The notes under the pieces: model-generated | Told to the model about the DNA's origin: nothing | Database searches by the model: none | What the model saw: the letters and a program-made list of their open reading frames with translations, nothing else | Shown: positions 1 through 9,933 of the stretch, in pieces | Position numbering within the stretch: the stretch's first letter is position 1 | How the letters are laid out: the number at the start of each line of letters is the position of its first letter | Position numbers and translations under genes: made by a program | Origin: a virus | Taxonomy: Duplodnaviria > Heunggongvirae > Uroviricota > Caudoviricetes | DNA: 64,000 nucleotides | Reading direction: 5' to 3' (one strand) | IMG/VR virus record: IMGVR_UViG_3300035698_029829 | Span: 7,427-71,426 of that record

Positions 1-2
1 GG

Positions 3-2861
3 GTCGCAGCCGCACCGGCAGCCGGTACCATCGCGAACGTCATGCGTGCCGCCGTACTCGTCGGTACCGTAGTAATCCTGGCCACCGGCGACAGCGGAGT
101 GGGTAATCCCGACCGTTACTATGCCTCGGTCTACCACGCCTCCGGTCTTGCACCGCAAGAGGGCGACACCCTCGATAGCGCGGGTAACCTCTACATCATC
201 AACAAAAGCTTCGAGGACCGCGACCTGGCTATCTACGTCGACAATTCCGCACCCATCACGCTCGCAGGCGTTAACTGCACCGAAATCGACGACTCCTACG
301 TGGTCTTCCGGCAACCGATGGGTACCGTCTTCACAGACAGCGTCACCGCGCGCGATTTCGTCACCGGTGACATAGCCCCCTTCGGTGGAGTCACCGACCA
401 ACTCGCGGTTATCGGAGGAAACGTAACTACCACAGGAGCAACCTCAACCCTGGATGCCACCGTTCTTAACCAGTACCCCGGCGGCGGTCTAATGCTCGTC
501 TTGGCGCTGGACTTCGTTATTGCCGCTCAAACCTACACAGCCATCGCAGTGGTAGTGCCCGACGGCGAGACCTACTTCTCACAGGGTTTGTGGTGGCTGC
601 ACACGGCCGCCCCAGTCGTCAGGCCGCTGGTAGATCTCGTCACCATCTGCCCGGCCAATGGATTGACTGTTGATTTCACACAGGCTGGTTCGCGTGCCTT
701 CTTCAACACCGTAACGAATCTCATGGATGTTCACCTGATCGGTGTACAGACCAGTAGCGGTGACGCCGTAACAGCGGTGCGCTACGGTATTCTGATGGGC
801 GCACCCGAAGCTAAGTATGTGCGGTGCCCTTCCACCACTCCAGGTGCATCGGCTGGACCCAACCTCTGGAACCCGGACCCGGTCTTCAGCCCGCTAACCA
901 ACACCTTTAACGCAGGTGAGAAGGCACTCTCCCTCATCGACGACTACGGCGAAGGCTGGAATCTCCTCGGCCTATTGGTAGACGACACCTACTCCGTCGC
1001 CATCGACTTCAACAACTATTCCTTCCTCAACCGCGAAGCCGCCACAGCCTCGGAGGTGGCGAACGCCATCAACCTCCGTGCCAAGGCAGTCAACCTACTC
1101 CTGGATGGTCTCACAACGATTACCACAGGCGGCGCAGTGCAGTTGACAAGTCCTACCAAGGGCAGTTCCAGCAAACTTCAGTGCTCACTTGATAACCCGG
1201 CGCTCGATTTCAGTGCCATCACGATAGTGCCCGACGTAGGCTCCGGCTACCCCTATTTCTCTGTAAAGATTGATGGGGGCGCGCAATACGACATCGACTT
1301 CGGTGACTACGTCGGTGACCTGATCCAAAACCAATCCGCCGCGCTGGCATCGGAGGTAGCAGCTGCAATTCAACGCGCCATCGGCATCACCTCCACCCAG
1401 TGTTGGGACGGCGGCATCGGACCCACAAGTCAGGTGCACCTGACCTCGGCTATCGAAGGTTCCCAGGGTACCGTAGAGGTGGTCACTCCGAACCTTGGCC
1501 TCGCCGGAGGCTTCGGAGCCACCGGTACCACGGTCGGCACCGAGTCAACCGTCGCCCCTTGCACAGTCCTGGCGCTATCGCCTGGCACATGGGCCAACCC
1601 GCTTGAAGACAAAATCAAGCTCCGGTTCACCGATGAGGACGCGCTCTTTTACGCGCCATACTCATCCCAGGTGGACATCCTGGTCAACAACGTCATCGAA
1701 GAAACCTATCACGGCGTCGTAGCCGACCCGAACGCAGACGGCGATCCGACCTCAAACGGTACCGGCGTGTTCATTGAGAACGCGCTCGGCAACGCTTCCT
1801 CGGTAGCCAAAAAGGATAATCCCTCTGAATACATCTACACCGAATTCGACGAAGACATCACCGAAGGCGCAGGATACACCTCCGCAATCATGTTCATGGC
1901 AACGCCTACCAGCAGCGAGTACGAGCTGAGCGGCGGAGCTAACGGTATTGAAGCCTTGGATGAGTTCGACCTGATCGGCGTGGCGGATAGCTCCTACTGG
2001 GGCGGCCCAACCGGCCTCCAGGTGTGGCGCGACAAGGACAACCGATTCGTCAACCTCATGGTTACCCCTGGTGCAACGCAGTACAGCGTCATCTCTGAGA
2101 TGTTGAAAATCTGTGAGGCGCGCGGCGATGCCATGTGCATCGTTGACCCGCCATTTGGCCTCAAGCCGCCACAGGTCATCGAGTGGCACAACGGACGTGG
2201 TTTCGGTAACACGGCCGCAATCAACAGTAGCTACGGCGCGTTGTACTCCACCTGGGTTCTCTACAGCGACCCCTATAACAAGGAGAAACTGTGGCTGCCA
2301 CCGTCCTGTTTCATGCTGGCAGTTTACGCCTACAACGACAAGGTATCCGAGTCCTGGTTTGCCCCTGCGGGCCTGACGCGTGGCAAGGTGCCAGGAGCCG
2401 AACAGCTCCAGTACACACCAACCTTCGGCGAACGCGAGCTGATGTACGGTACCGGCAACTCGGTCAACCCCATCGTCGACTTCAGCCGTTACGGTATCAC
2501 CGTATGGGGTCAAAAGACGCTCCAACGAACCACTTCGGCGCTCGACCGCGTTAACGTCCGCCGGTTGCTCTTGTACCTCCGCACGATGGCCGAGCTGACT
2601 GCCCGGGTTATCGTATTCGAACCGAACGACGCCCTGAGCCGCCAGAAGCTCGTAAACATGCTCGAAGGCATTGCCAACGACGTAATGAGACGACGCGGCA
2701 TCCAGCGCGCGAAGATCGAAGACAAAACCACGAGTCGGCACATCAAGAAAAAGAGGGCGCGCATCGTGTTCTTCTTGGAGCCGACGGAGACGTTGGAAGT
2801 CATCGAAATTCCGTTCATCATTACCGGCTCCGGCGAAGCGTTCCTGGACGTGGAGGTCTAA
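3..2861 (+). CDS. Phage tail sheath protein (5' end outside window)
   Basis: C-terminal sheath motifs (WFAPAG, VWGQKTL, ALDRVNVRRL, FEPND); frame open to the window edge upstream of ATG 42. Confidence 0.9.
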   Translation, partial: VAAAPAAGTIANVMRAAVLVGTVVILATGDSGVGNPDRYYASVYHASGLAPQEGDTLDSAGNLYIINKSFEDRDLAIYVDNSAPITLAGVNCTEIDDSYVVFRQPMGTVFTDSVTARDFVTGDIAPFGGVTDQLAVIGGNVTTTGATSTLDATVLNQYPGGGLMLVLALDFVIAAQTYTAIAVVVPDGETYFSQGLWWLHTAAPVVRPLVDLVTICPANGLTVDFTQAGSRAFFNTVTNLMDVHLIGVQTSSGDAVTAVRYGILMGAPEAKYVRCPSTTPGASAGPNLWNPDPVFSPLTNTFNAGEKALSLIDDYGEGWNLLGLLVDDTYSVAIDFNNYSFLNREAATASEVANAINLRAKAVNLLLDGLTTITTGGAVQLTSPTKGSSSKLQCSLDNPALDFSAITIVPDVGSGYPYFSVKIDGGAQYDIDFGDYVGDLIQNQSAALASEVAAAIQRAIGITSTQCWDGGIGPTSQVHLTSAIEGSQGTVEVVTPNLGLAGGFGATGTTVGTESTVAPCTVLALSPGTWANPLEDKIKLRFTDEDALFYAPYSSQVDILVNNVIEETYHGVVADPNADGDPTSNGTGVFIENALGNASSVAKKDNPSEYIYTEFDEDITEGAGYTSAIMFMATPTSSEYELSGGANGIEALDEFDLIGVADSSYWGGPTGLQVWRDKDNRFVNLMVTPGATQYSVISEMLKICEARGDAMCIVDPPFGLKPPQVIEWHNGRGFGNTAAINSSYGALYSTWVLYSDPYNKEKLWLPPSCFMLAVYAYNDKVSESWFAPAGLTRGKVPGAEQLQYTPTFGERELMYGTGNSVNPIVDFSRYGITVWGQKTLQRTTSALDRVNVRRLLLYLRTMAELTARVIVFEPNDALSRQKLVNMLEGIANDVMRRRGIQRAKIEDKTTSRHIKKKRARIVFFLEPTETLEVIEIPFIITGSGEAFLDVEV

Positions 2862-2924
2862 CAAAGGGTGCGGGCGGGACCCCACCGCCCACTACATCCT
2901 ACCCCGTGCGGGAGGAGAGATTAG

Positions 2925-5900
2925 ATGACACAGGAAGACAACCGCACCGTAGACGACCTGTTGGGAACCCAGCAGGATTCGCACAGAGACGCGCTGGGCG
3001 AAGAGTGGTGGCTCGAACGACCGGCCGACGACCGGACAGTAAACGAGTTGCTGAGCGAAGATCATCTGGACGAAAAAATCTCCGACGCCAAGGTAAACAA
3101 GATACGGCGTCTCCTGGGTGTTGGCGACGGTCATACCTGGCGTCCTTTCACCTCCATCGAAGACGCTGGCAATAAAGTTCAATGGGCCTATGTTGAATTT
3201 TTTAACGGTGGTGGTCTCTGGCACGTCCTCGTCGGCAACAAATACGAGATGATGGACCCCCACGCGTTTGGGCAATTCGACGAAGCATTAAATAGCGCCA
3301 TTCAAAACCACCCAAAAGCTATGACAGATTCCGCTGGAGCTAAGAAGTTCCTTTCTTCGCTCCCATTTATCAAAAAGATAGAGGCCGCAAAGGTAAAAAA
3401 CATCTCAGAAAACCCTCAACTGCGTGAAGACCAGTCGGGGAACGAATTATTGGGCGAAAGGCGCGCCCCTCTCCCAAAATTCGAAAACTGGCTTCGCGAC
3501 TTCATCCAAGCGAGACCTCAGAGCGAGAAGGAAATCCTTTCCGCCGTCAAACGGTGGAAATTCAAAGTCACCGACAAGCAGATCAGAGACGAGCTAAAGA
3601 GCTTCGAGGAAGACAAATACATCGCCAAAAAGGGTAACAAGTGGCGCTGGATCATGGCCTTCCGCGAAGATCGTGAAGTTCAGAAGGATGTGTACGCCAT
3701 CCTGGAAGATTGGGGCGTCCCGATCAACCCGGCAACGCCACTCGTGAGTGAACACTTCGACTCCGACGAAAGTGTAGCGACGGAACTGTACGACTTCATC
3801 GCCAACGACGGCGTCCTCTACCATCGACAATTCCAATCCATCCTAAAGAACTTCGCCACCAAGCTCGGCCAGGGCAAGTACGACCACAAGCTGTCCGTTA
3901 AGCTCTGGATGTACTTGGTCGACAATGGCGCGAAGAAATACGCAGAGGACATCGGCGGCATGGGCAGCGATGAAATCAAGCGTAAAAGTTTCTCTTCGCG
4001 GGGTTGGAACGACATGTTCCCTAAGAAGGTCCGCGAGATGGTCGCCAAGATGTTCGCCCACTGGTTCAAAGAGGAATGGAACCTCGGCAACTTCGCCAAT
4101 CTCCTACCCAAGAAGTACAAAAAAAACAAGTTGCCTCAGATCACCGAAGAAATCGACCACCCTTTTGTTGACGCTGAGTACGAGTTGGACGAGGAACTTC
4201 GAGCGTCGCTCGAACTCGACGAGCAGATCGGCATCAATGAAGTAAAAATGGTCTGGTGGGATGTCATTCTTAACGGAAAAGTCACTGACGAAATCCAATA
4301 CCCAGCCGACTGCGATGCTCAGTACGTCAAGGATTCTCTCATTGGGCATGACGGTTATGACCCCAAAATTAAAGTCCAAAAATCCAAGGGTCAACGCCTG
4401 CGCGAAGACCGTCTCGACGAAAAGAAAGACCACGGATTCGCCGTGGGCGACGAGGTTGTCCTTGCAAAGGACGCACTGGCAAAGCACTCCCATAGCATCC
4501 CGGCCCACATGGGCTACACCAAGGAAGAGTTCAGTTGGCGCGGCAAACTGTCAAAACGCCAAGACAAAAAGGAGTCCGCCAAGGTTACCCGGGTCTTCCC
4601 AAGCAGCGACCACATCAACATCACCTTCTCGGACAATCAGACCTTTGGTGTACCAGCCTACATGATCGAGAAGAAACCAATCCGCGAAAGCCTCGACGAA
4701 GCGTACCGCCCGATCCATCAGATCGCCGCCGAGATCAGGAAAGATTGGAAACGCGTCAATTACGCCGCCAAACCCTATCTCGATGCGATGGATCAACTCG
4801 ACGCCATCAGTGACAAATACTATTTTGACAGCGGCGCAAGCGTCGTCGCCTACTTCCTGGCCAACGCCCGGGCGTGGAAGGGCGAAGTCGCCAAACGCAT
4901 CAAGGCCGAGCTGAACGCCATGCTCAAAGGTAAGGCACTCCGTGAAGCCGTTGAGAACGAAGTTTCCATCGGCTTCGGCATCATCACCACCAGCGAGCAC
5001 CTCCTCAAGGACAACATCCAAGAGGACGGCCACCACGACAAGCGCAAGGTAGAACCGTTCATCAAAAAGGGTTGGATCGAGTATGACGAGCCCTCTGGCG
5101 TCGCGCAAATCACCAAAAAGGGTTGGGACCTCCTCAACAAAGACTTCCCGAAGATGGAGAAAAACGTCGTAACGTGGCTCGGAAAAACCTTCAATAACGC
5201 CCGTGACGAGGGCCACAGCGACGACGCGCTGGTCGGTACAACTTGGATAAACCCGACCAACAAAAAACACCTGGCGGCTTTGGAGGGTGATTCTAACGCC
5301 AGTAGCCGCGATCTTCGTGTTTATCGACGCGGCCCAGAGCACTTCAACCACGCCGAGTACATGAAATTCTATCAAGGTCTTTCTGAGTTCGGCAAGGCGT
5401 ACCTCGACGTGGACGTGGAGTTCTTCGATCTGCCACAGGATATTTTCGACGACCTTCGCGAAGCGAAAGAGGACATAAAGCTCAGCAAGAATGCGTTGAA
5501 GGTCTTCGATGTTTTTAAGCGATTCAAGCCAACCATCGGCGATTTTGCCAACGATGCTTACCGACTCGGTTTGGATGAAAAACGCATCCTCAAGGCGCTT
5601 GATGAGCTATTTGACAAGAAACTCATCCAAGCCATCGGCTCCCTTAAAGGCCGCGCAAACGACTTCAACTCCCAACGCGACAACCAATTCGAGATCAGCA
5701 ATTTCGCCCTCACAGCGAACATACACGAAAGCAGCGGCCATGAGATGGAGGAAGAGGACTACACCCTCACCCCCTCGGGCCACTTGGGTTCCAAAATCAA
5801 CGTCAGCATCGTCGGCGGCAAACATCTCGGCGAGTACAAGAATGAGGGTCTCGCATTAAAAGCCATCCGCGACCACATGAAAAAACACAACTTTAACCCC

Positions 5901-6638
5901 ACCGTGTGGTGGATCTCCGACCATGGTAACGCCTGGCCCATCGACTCCAAAACAGGAAACGAGATCAAGGGGCGCAAGCGACTCCGCGAAAGCCGCGAAT
6001 TCAGCATCTACATGAGCGGCGTCAAGGACAAGAAAACGCTGGATCAGGTCTTGAAGGACATAGAAGCCAGCGGAGGCGACGTATCCGATTATACCCAAAA
6101 CGAAGACGATCTCACCGTCGTGGTGAACGCGGACAACGAGAAGTCCTTCATGGACCGCTTCAGTAAAACGAAGTCCCACAAGCTCCCGAACCAAGGTAGC
6201 CCGCTCCGTGAGGATGTTGAGTCCGACGACTTGCCGCCCGACATCTTCGAGGCAACCGAAGGCATCAAGCCCGGACCTGACAGACAGATCGTCAAAGTCT
6301 GGATCAAAGGCAACCACAATCCCAGCCTGGCGATCTGGTGGAAGAAGGAATTGCACGCATTGGGGTGCGGCAACAGCGACGACCGCGACCTCAGTTCCAG
6401 TGGAAACATGCTCTTCGTAGACTCGCAAAACTCACGCTTGAGCTACCGAGGAGCCGAACGACACATTCCAGGTAAAGGGAACGTCGTCAAAGGACACTTC
6501 GCAGACAACATCTCCGGACCGGAGATTAAGATGCGCGAGGCCGAAGACGAGATGTTCTTCCAGGGTGACGATTACACCGAAGAAATGGAGAAAATGAACA
6601 CCCGGAAGTTCCTCGACCACGCTAGCCAGTGGTGGTAG
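2925..6638 (+). CDS. Large modular protein, likely head-internal polyprotein
   Basis: 1237-aa ORF with SD GGAGGAG; repeated (L/I/F/M)-R-E and L-D-E linkers between small domains. Confidence 0.75.
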   Translation: MTQEDNRTVDDLLGTQQDSHRDALGEEWWLERPADDRTVNELLSEDHLDEKISDAKVNKIRRLLGVGDGHTWRPFTSIEDAGNKVQWAYVEFFNGGGLWHVLVGNKYEMMDPHAFGQFDEALNSAIQNHPKAMTDSAGAKKFLSSLPFIKKIEAAKVKNISENPQLREDQSGNELLGERRAPLPKFENWLRDFIQARPQSEKEILSAVKRWKFKVTDKQIRDELKSFEEDKYIAKKGNKWRWIMAFREDREVQKDVYAILEDWGVPINPATPLVSEHFDSDESVATELYDFIANDGVLYHRQFQSILKNFATKLGQGKYDHKLSVKLWMYLVDNGAKKYAEDIGGMGSDEIKRKSFSSRGWNDMFPKKVREMVAKMFAHWFKEEWNLGNFANLLPKKYKKNKLPQITEEIDHPFVDAEYELDEELRASLELDEQIGINEVKMVWWDVILNGKVTDEIQYPADCDAQYVKDSLIGHDGYDPKIKVQKSKGQRLREDRLDEKKDHGFAVGDEVVLAKDALAKHSHSIPAHMGYTKEEFSWRGKLSKRQDKKESAKVTRVFPSSDHINITFSDNQTFGVPAYMIEKKPIRESLDEAYRPIHQIAAEIRKDWKRVNYAAKPYLDAMDQLDAISDKYYFDSGASVVAYFLANARAWKGEVAKRIKAELNAMLKGKALREAVENEVSIGFGIITTSEHLLKDNIQEDGHHDKRKVEPFIKKGWIEYDEPSGVAQITKKGWDLLNKDFPKMEKNVVTWLGKTFNNARDEGHSDDALVGTTWINPTNKKHLAALEGDSNASSRDLRVYRRGPEHFNHAEYMKFYQGLSEFGKAYLDVDVEFFDLPQDIFDDLREAKEDIKLSKNALKVFDVFKRFKPTIGDFANDAYRLGLDEKRILKALDELFDKKLIQAIGSLKGRANDFNSQRDNQFEISNFALTANIHESSGHEMEEEDYTLTPSGHLGSKINVSIVGGKHLGEYKNEGLALKAIRDHMKKHNFNPTVWWISDHGNAWPIDSKTGNEIKGRKRLRESREFSIYMSGVKDKKTLDQVLKDIEASGGDVSDYTQNEDDLTVVVNADNEKSFMDRFSKTKSHKLPNQGSPLREDVESDDLPPDIFEATEGIKPGPDRQIVKVWIKGNHNPSLAIWWKKELHALGCGNSDDRDLSSSGNMLFVDSQNSRLSYRGAERHIPGKGNVVKGHFADNISGPEIKMREAEDEMFFQGDDYTEEMEKMNTRKFLDHASQWW

Positions 6639-6734
6639 TAACGCTGCCGCCTCTGGAAAGAAGATAAGGACACGACAAGAGCCACCGGGCGGACCTCGGA
6701 GGCACCCAACATAGGCACCCAAAGGAGGAACGAC

Positions 6735-7436
6735 ATGGGCGTTCTAGGAATTGTGGGCAGCGCGGCCCAAGGAAACGCGGCAGGGGGCCTGGGGCGCTAC
6801 GACGTAAAGCGCAAGAATAGCTGGATTCTGCACTTTTCGAACTTCGGCTCCGAGGTCTTAAAAAATTCACTAACCATCCAGCTAAACTCGGCGACACGCC
6901 CCAGCTTCAGCACCGATGCCCAAGAACTTTTCTGGTGCAACGAGAGCTGGTTCGTCGCCAGCAAGCCGAAATACGGTGAGCTAGCGGTGGAGTTCTACGA
7001 TGCTCTTCCGACACAACTGGACTATTCCTATGTCCAAGCAGGTGTCAGCTCGCCACATCCGGACGGCAACGCCAATATGATTTCGGCAGGCCAGATTCTC
7101 TACGACTGGTGGCTCGCTATCTACGACCCCAGTTCCGGACGACTTGGCCTAGCCGCTGACTACAAAGCTGACGGCTTCATCACGGTTTACAACAGCGTAG
7201 ACACACCTGTTGAACGCTGGATGTACATCGGCTGTTTCCCCACTTCCATCGACTACGGATCACTGGAATACTCGGGGGCAGGCGATCCATTAACCATCGA
7301 CACCTCTTTCAAGTACGACAAGGCGCTGCGCCTGGCGAACCCGACGAGCGAACTGGAACCCACCAGTATCGACGAACAGCGCGGCCCCGAAAGCTACTCG
7401 CCGCTTGGCTTGAACTTGGTATCCGGCGCAGCCTGA
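6735..7436 (+). CDS. Tail tube protein (gp19-like)
   Basis: SD AAGGAGG; W..IYDP..G.LG...DYK and W...GCFPTSIDYG.LEY pattern; position after sheath. Confidence 0.8.
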   Translation: MGVLGIVGSAAQGNAAGGLGRYDVKRKNSWILHFSNFGSEVLKNSLTIQLNSATRPSFSTDAQELFWCNESWFVASKPKYGELAVEFYDALPTQLDYSYVQAGVSSPHPDGNANMISAGQILYDWWLAIYDPSSGRLGLAADYKADGFITVYNSVDTPVERWMYIGCFPTSIDYGSLEYSGAGDPLTIDTSFKYDKALRLANPTSELEPTSIDEQRGPESYSPLGLNLVSGAA

Positions 7437-7465
7437 TAGCGGCCTGAGAGGTAAACGAGAGTCAT

Positions 7466-7490
7466 CCCGCCCCAGCAACGGGGCGGGGTT
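7466..7490 (+). terminator. GC-rich hairpin after tail tube gene
   Basis: CCCGCCCC-AGCAAC-GGGGCGGG then TT. Confidence 0.45.
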
Positions 7491-7559
7491 ATGAGTGAGC
7501 GTGAGGGCGCAAACGCCCCGAGCAATGGAGTCCAGAACCTCAAGAGGGAGATCACTACT

Positions 7560-8567
7560 ATGAGTGACGAAAAACGTACTTCTAATCCGCCCCCCGCCAA
7601 TGCTAACCAAAGCGGCCCCGCCGCTGAACCCCAAGCCTTCGGCGCGAAGCCCGGTCAGCCGTTGCCCCGCAAAATGCCTACTCCTCCGAAAGAAGCAGTA
7701 CCTCCAATCGAGACGGCACCAGCCCCCGAGCCCCTTATCAAGCACCCCGCCAGTAACGATCCCGTCCCAGTCGTCCAGTTTGGCACCGCCTTACCCTCAA
7801 TGACGTTCACGCTGCCGTCGATGGGTCTCCTCTATCCCAACGAGATACCCAATGGCGATGTCAAGTTGCGCGCTTTGGGACTACGGGAACAGATGATTCT
7901 CAACACCCCAGCTCTGCACGTCAAAGATGAAGCATTCCCTATGATTTTCCGCTCATGCGTAACCGGCCTGCCACAAAACATGGACGTGCTCGACCTCTTT
8001 GCAGAGGACAAAAACGCAATTTTCATCGCCCTGCGGCAGCTATCCTACGGCCAAACTTACAAGGTCACAGTCACATGTCCGCGCCGCGCTTGCAACCGGG
8101 AATACGACCACATGGTCGACCTGGAGAAGGACCTCAAGGTTACGTACCTGGAAAGGGACAACGCCCCGAAGTACCCGTTGACCATCCCAGCCGAACATCT
8201 AATGTGTAAACGCGCCGTCCGCGTCCGGCTCCAAACCTGGCGCGATGAGATCAATCTGTCGCGCGAACGTGATCGCGCCCTGGACGAGGCCAACGCTCTG
8301 ATCGACCCGACACTCAGAATCAGACTCGGTCAACAAATCGTCGACATCCAAGACGTGCCAGCGCAACACATGGCTCCCTTCCTTGAAACCCTTTCCGCAC
8401 ACGACGTGAGCATCATTGAACAGATAATCATACGGGACATTTTCGGGGTGGATACAACGATCCAACCATCCGAATGCCCGAAGTGCGGCCATAAATTCAA
8501 AGCGGTATTAACGATAAGCGAAGGCTTTTTTCGGGCCACATTACCCCAAACCGAGGCACTTCTCTGA
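7560..8567 (+). CDS. Baseplate hub/tail assembly chaperone (T4 gp26-like)
   Basis: LREQMIL, D..AIFIALRQLSYG..Y, two CxxC-like motifs, ends ..EGFF..; SD GAGGGAG before ATG 7560. Confidence 0.7.
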   Translation: MSDEKRTSNPPPANANQSGPAAEPQAFGAKPGQPLPRKMPTPPKEAVPPIETAPAPEPLIKHPASNDPVPVVQFGTALPSMTFTLPSMGLLYPNEIPNGDVKLRALGLREQMILNTPALHVKDEAFPMIFRSCVTGLPQNMDVLDLFAEDKNAIFIALRQLSYGQTYKVTVTCPRRACNREYDHMVDLEKDLKVTYLERDNAPKYPLTIPAEHLMCKRAVRVRLQTWRDEINLSRERDRALDEANALIDPTLRIRLGQQIVDIQDVPAQHMAPFLETLSAHDVSIIEQIIIRDIFGVDTTIQPSECPKCGHKFKAVLTISEGFFRATLPQTEALL

Positions 8568-8889
8568 TTACCCATCGCCTCAAGAGTACTTAAACGCCGT
8601 CGACAAGTGGATCTACGAATCGGATCGATGGCAAAAGGCTTTTCTGCGCGAAGTGTACATCCTTACCCGGCACTGCCACTTCCCGCCCGAATTCCTATGG
8701 CAGATACCGCCTTATTGGCGCAATAATCTGCTCGATCTCTGGAACGAGGAGCAAGAGGCGATCAAGAAACAAGCGGAAGATATGAAGAAGAAACAGCAAG
8801 GGCTCATCACGCCCGGCGGCCCACTCGCGCGCGGTGTCCGACCCTCGGGCATTCCAGCAGGGGGTTCTAAGAGGGGTCCTTTGGTTTAG
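8518..8889 (+). CDS. gp51-like chaperone C-terminal module, probably reached by frameshift
   Basis: +1 frame open from 8518 with no ATG before GTG 8653; EVYILTRHCHF..W..PPYWR pattern. Confidence 0.6.
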   Translation, partial: AKAFFGPHYPKPRHFSDYPSPQEYLNAVDKWIYESDRWQKAFLREVYILTRHCHFPPEFLWQIPPYWRNNLLDLWNEEQEAIKKQAEDMKKKQQGLITPGGPLARGVRPSGIPAGGSKRGPLV

Positions 8890-9157
8890 GGATTTTAAGG
8901 GATAACTCGTCAGCCACCTTCATCCCGCAGTTAAGACACGTCCAGTCACAGAACTTCCGGTCAAATAAGAAAACCTGAACCACGGGGCCGGTCATCGGTC
9001 GTACGGAGCATAGAGGCGGAGACTTCGGCTCACCCTTACCACCCAGATCAATCGGGAACCAGGGCGGTATCTTGCACCGGATTGGCATAAGGTACTTCTT
9101 AAAACACGAGTCGACGGGATTGTCCTTCTCGCCCTTATCGTTTTTGTCATCGTTCAT
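8867..9157 (-). CDS. Hypothetical Cys-containing protein
   Basis: ORF overlapping the queC-like stop by 4 nt. Confidence 0.5.
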   Translation of the reverse strand: MNDDKNDKGEKDNPVDSCFKKYLMPIRCKIPPWFPIDLGGKGEPKSPPLCSVRPMTGPVVQVFLFDRKFCDWTCLNCGMKVADELSLKIPKPKDPS

Positions 9158-9918
9158 TTTTTCCTCGTCTTTTTACGCGCCTTGAGTTCTTTCGGTGTGA
9201 GTTTCGGAGAGCCTTCAACCGGCTTCTTCTCGTGCGGCGCTCTCTTGTAGTAGAGGGTGGGGCACTCCTCCCTCATCGTCCGGCACGGCTTGCAAGAGCC
9301 GCATACCTTGCCCCTCTTCGTTGGATTCTCGCACCACGTAATCCGCACTTGGTACTCCTCGGGGAGCAACTGCACAATCTCCTCCTTCATGGTCTTACGG
9401 AAGGGGAAGACGATGCGGGGAGCGATGCCCCGCCGAAAGCTCACCAGCGCCTCGTAGGCCGCTGCGATCTCCGGTAGAAAGGAAATGGCACAATCATACA
9501 TGACGTAGCCAAAGGCCACCACGTCACAATCCTTGGCTGCCATCGCCGCTGCCGTCACCCAGATGATCGGTTGGGTGAGACGCATATCCTTGTAGCAGTT
9601 GCACACCTCGGTCTTCATCGTCTGCTCGCAGGAAAACCGTCCCGGGAAATCCCTGTCAAACAGGGCAGTTAGACGCTCGATGGCCCTCGTCTCGACCATC
9701 GACTGCTCCACATTGTTACTCAGCACAACGTGTCCGGCGCACACTTCGTAACCGTGAGTCAGCAACAAATAAACCAACGCCGTCGAATCCAGGCCGCCTG
9801 ACCAGAGCACGTAGGCGCGGCGTGAGTTGAATGTCCGATCCGGCACCCCGGCACCATCGATGAGGTTGTGATCCAGGTCCCAAGCGTGGGCCACGTGATC
9901 TCCTTCCACTTTTCTCAA
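9154..9918 (-). CDS. queC: QueC-like 7-cyano-7-deazaguanine synthase family protein
   Basis: PP-loop VLWSGGLDST; C-terminal WC...CGSCKPC zinc site. Confidence 0.75.
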   Translation of the reverse strand: MRKVEGDHVAHAWDLDHNLIDGAGVPDRTFNSRRAYVLWSGGLDSTALVYLLLTHGYEVCAGHVVLSNNVEQSMVETRAIERLTALFDRDFPGRFSCEQTMKTEVCNCYKDMRLTQPIIWVTAAAMAAKDCDVVAFGYVMYDCAISFLPEIAAAYEALVSFRRGIAPRIVFPFRKTMKEEIVQLLPEEYQVRITWCENPTKRGKVCGSCKPCRTMREECPTLYYKRAPHEKKPVEGSPKLTPKELKARKKTRKK

Positions 9919-9933
9919 CCGTATCGCTATTAA

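Noticed and set aside
1752-2885. 377-aa minus-strand ORF and similar long antisense ORFs (12941-13795, 13696-14808, 55198-56214, 26192-26731)
   Set aside because: Shadows of well-supported genes on the other strand; expected in GC-rich DNA; no motifs.
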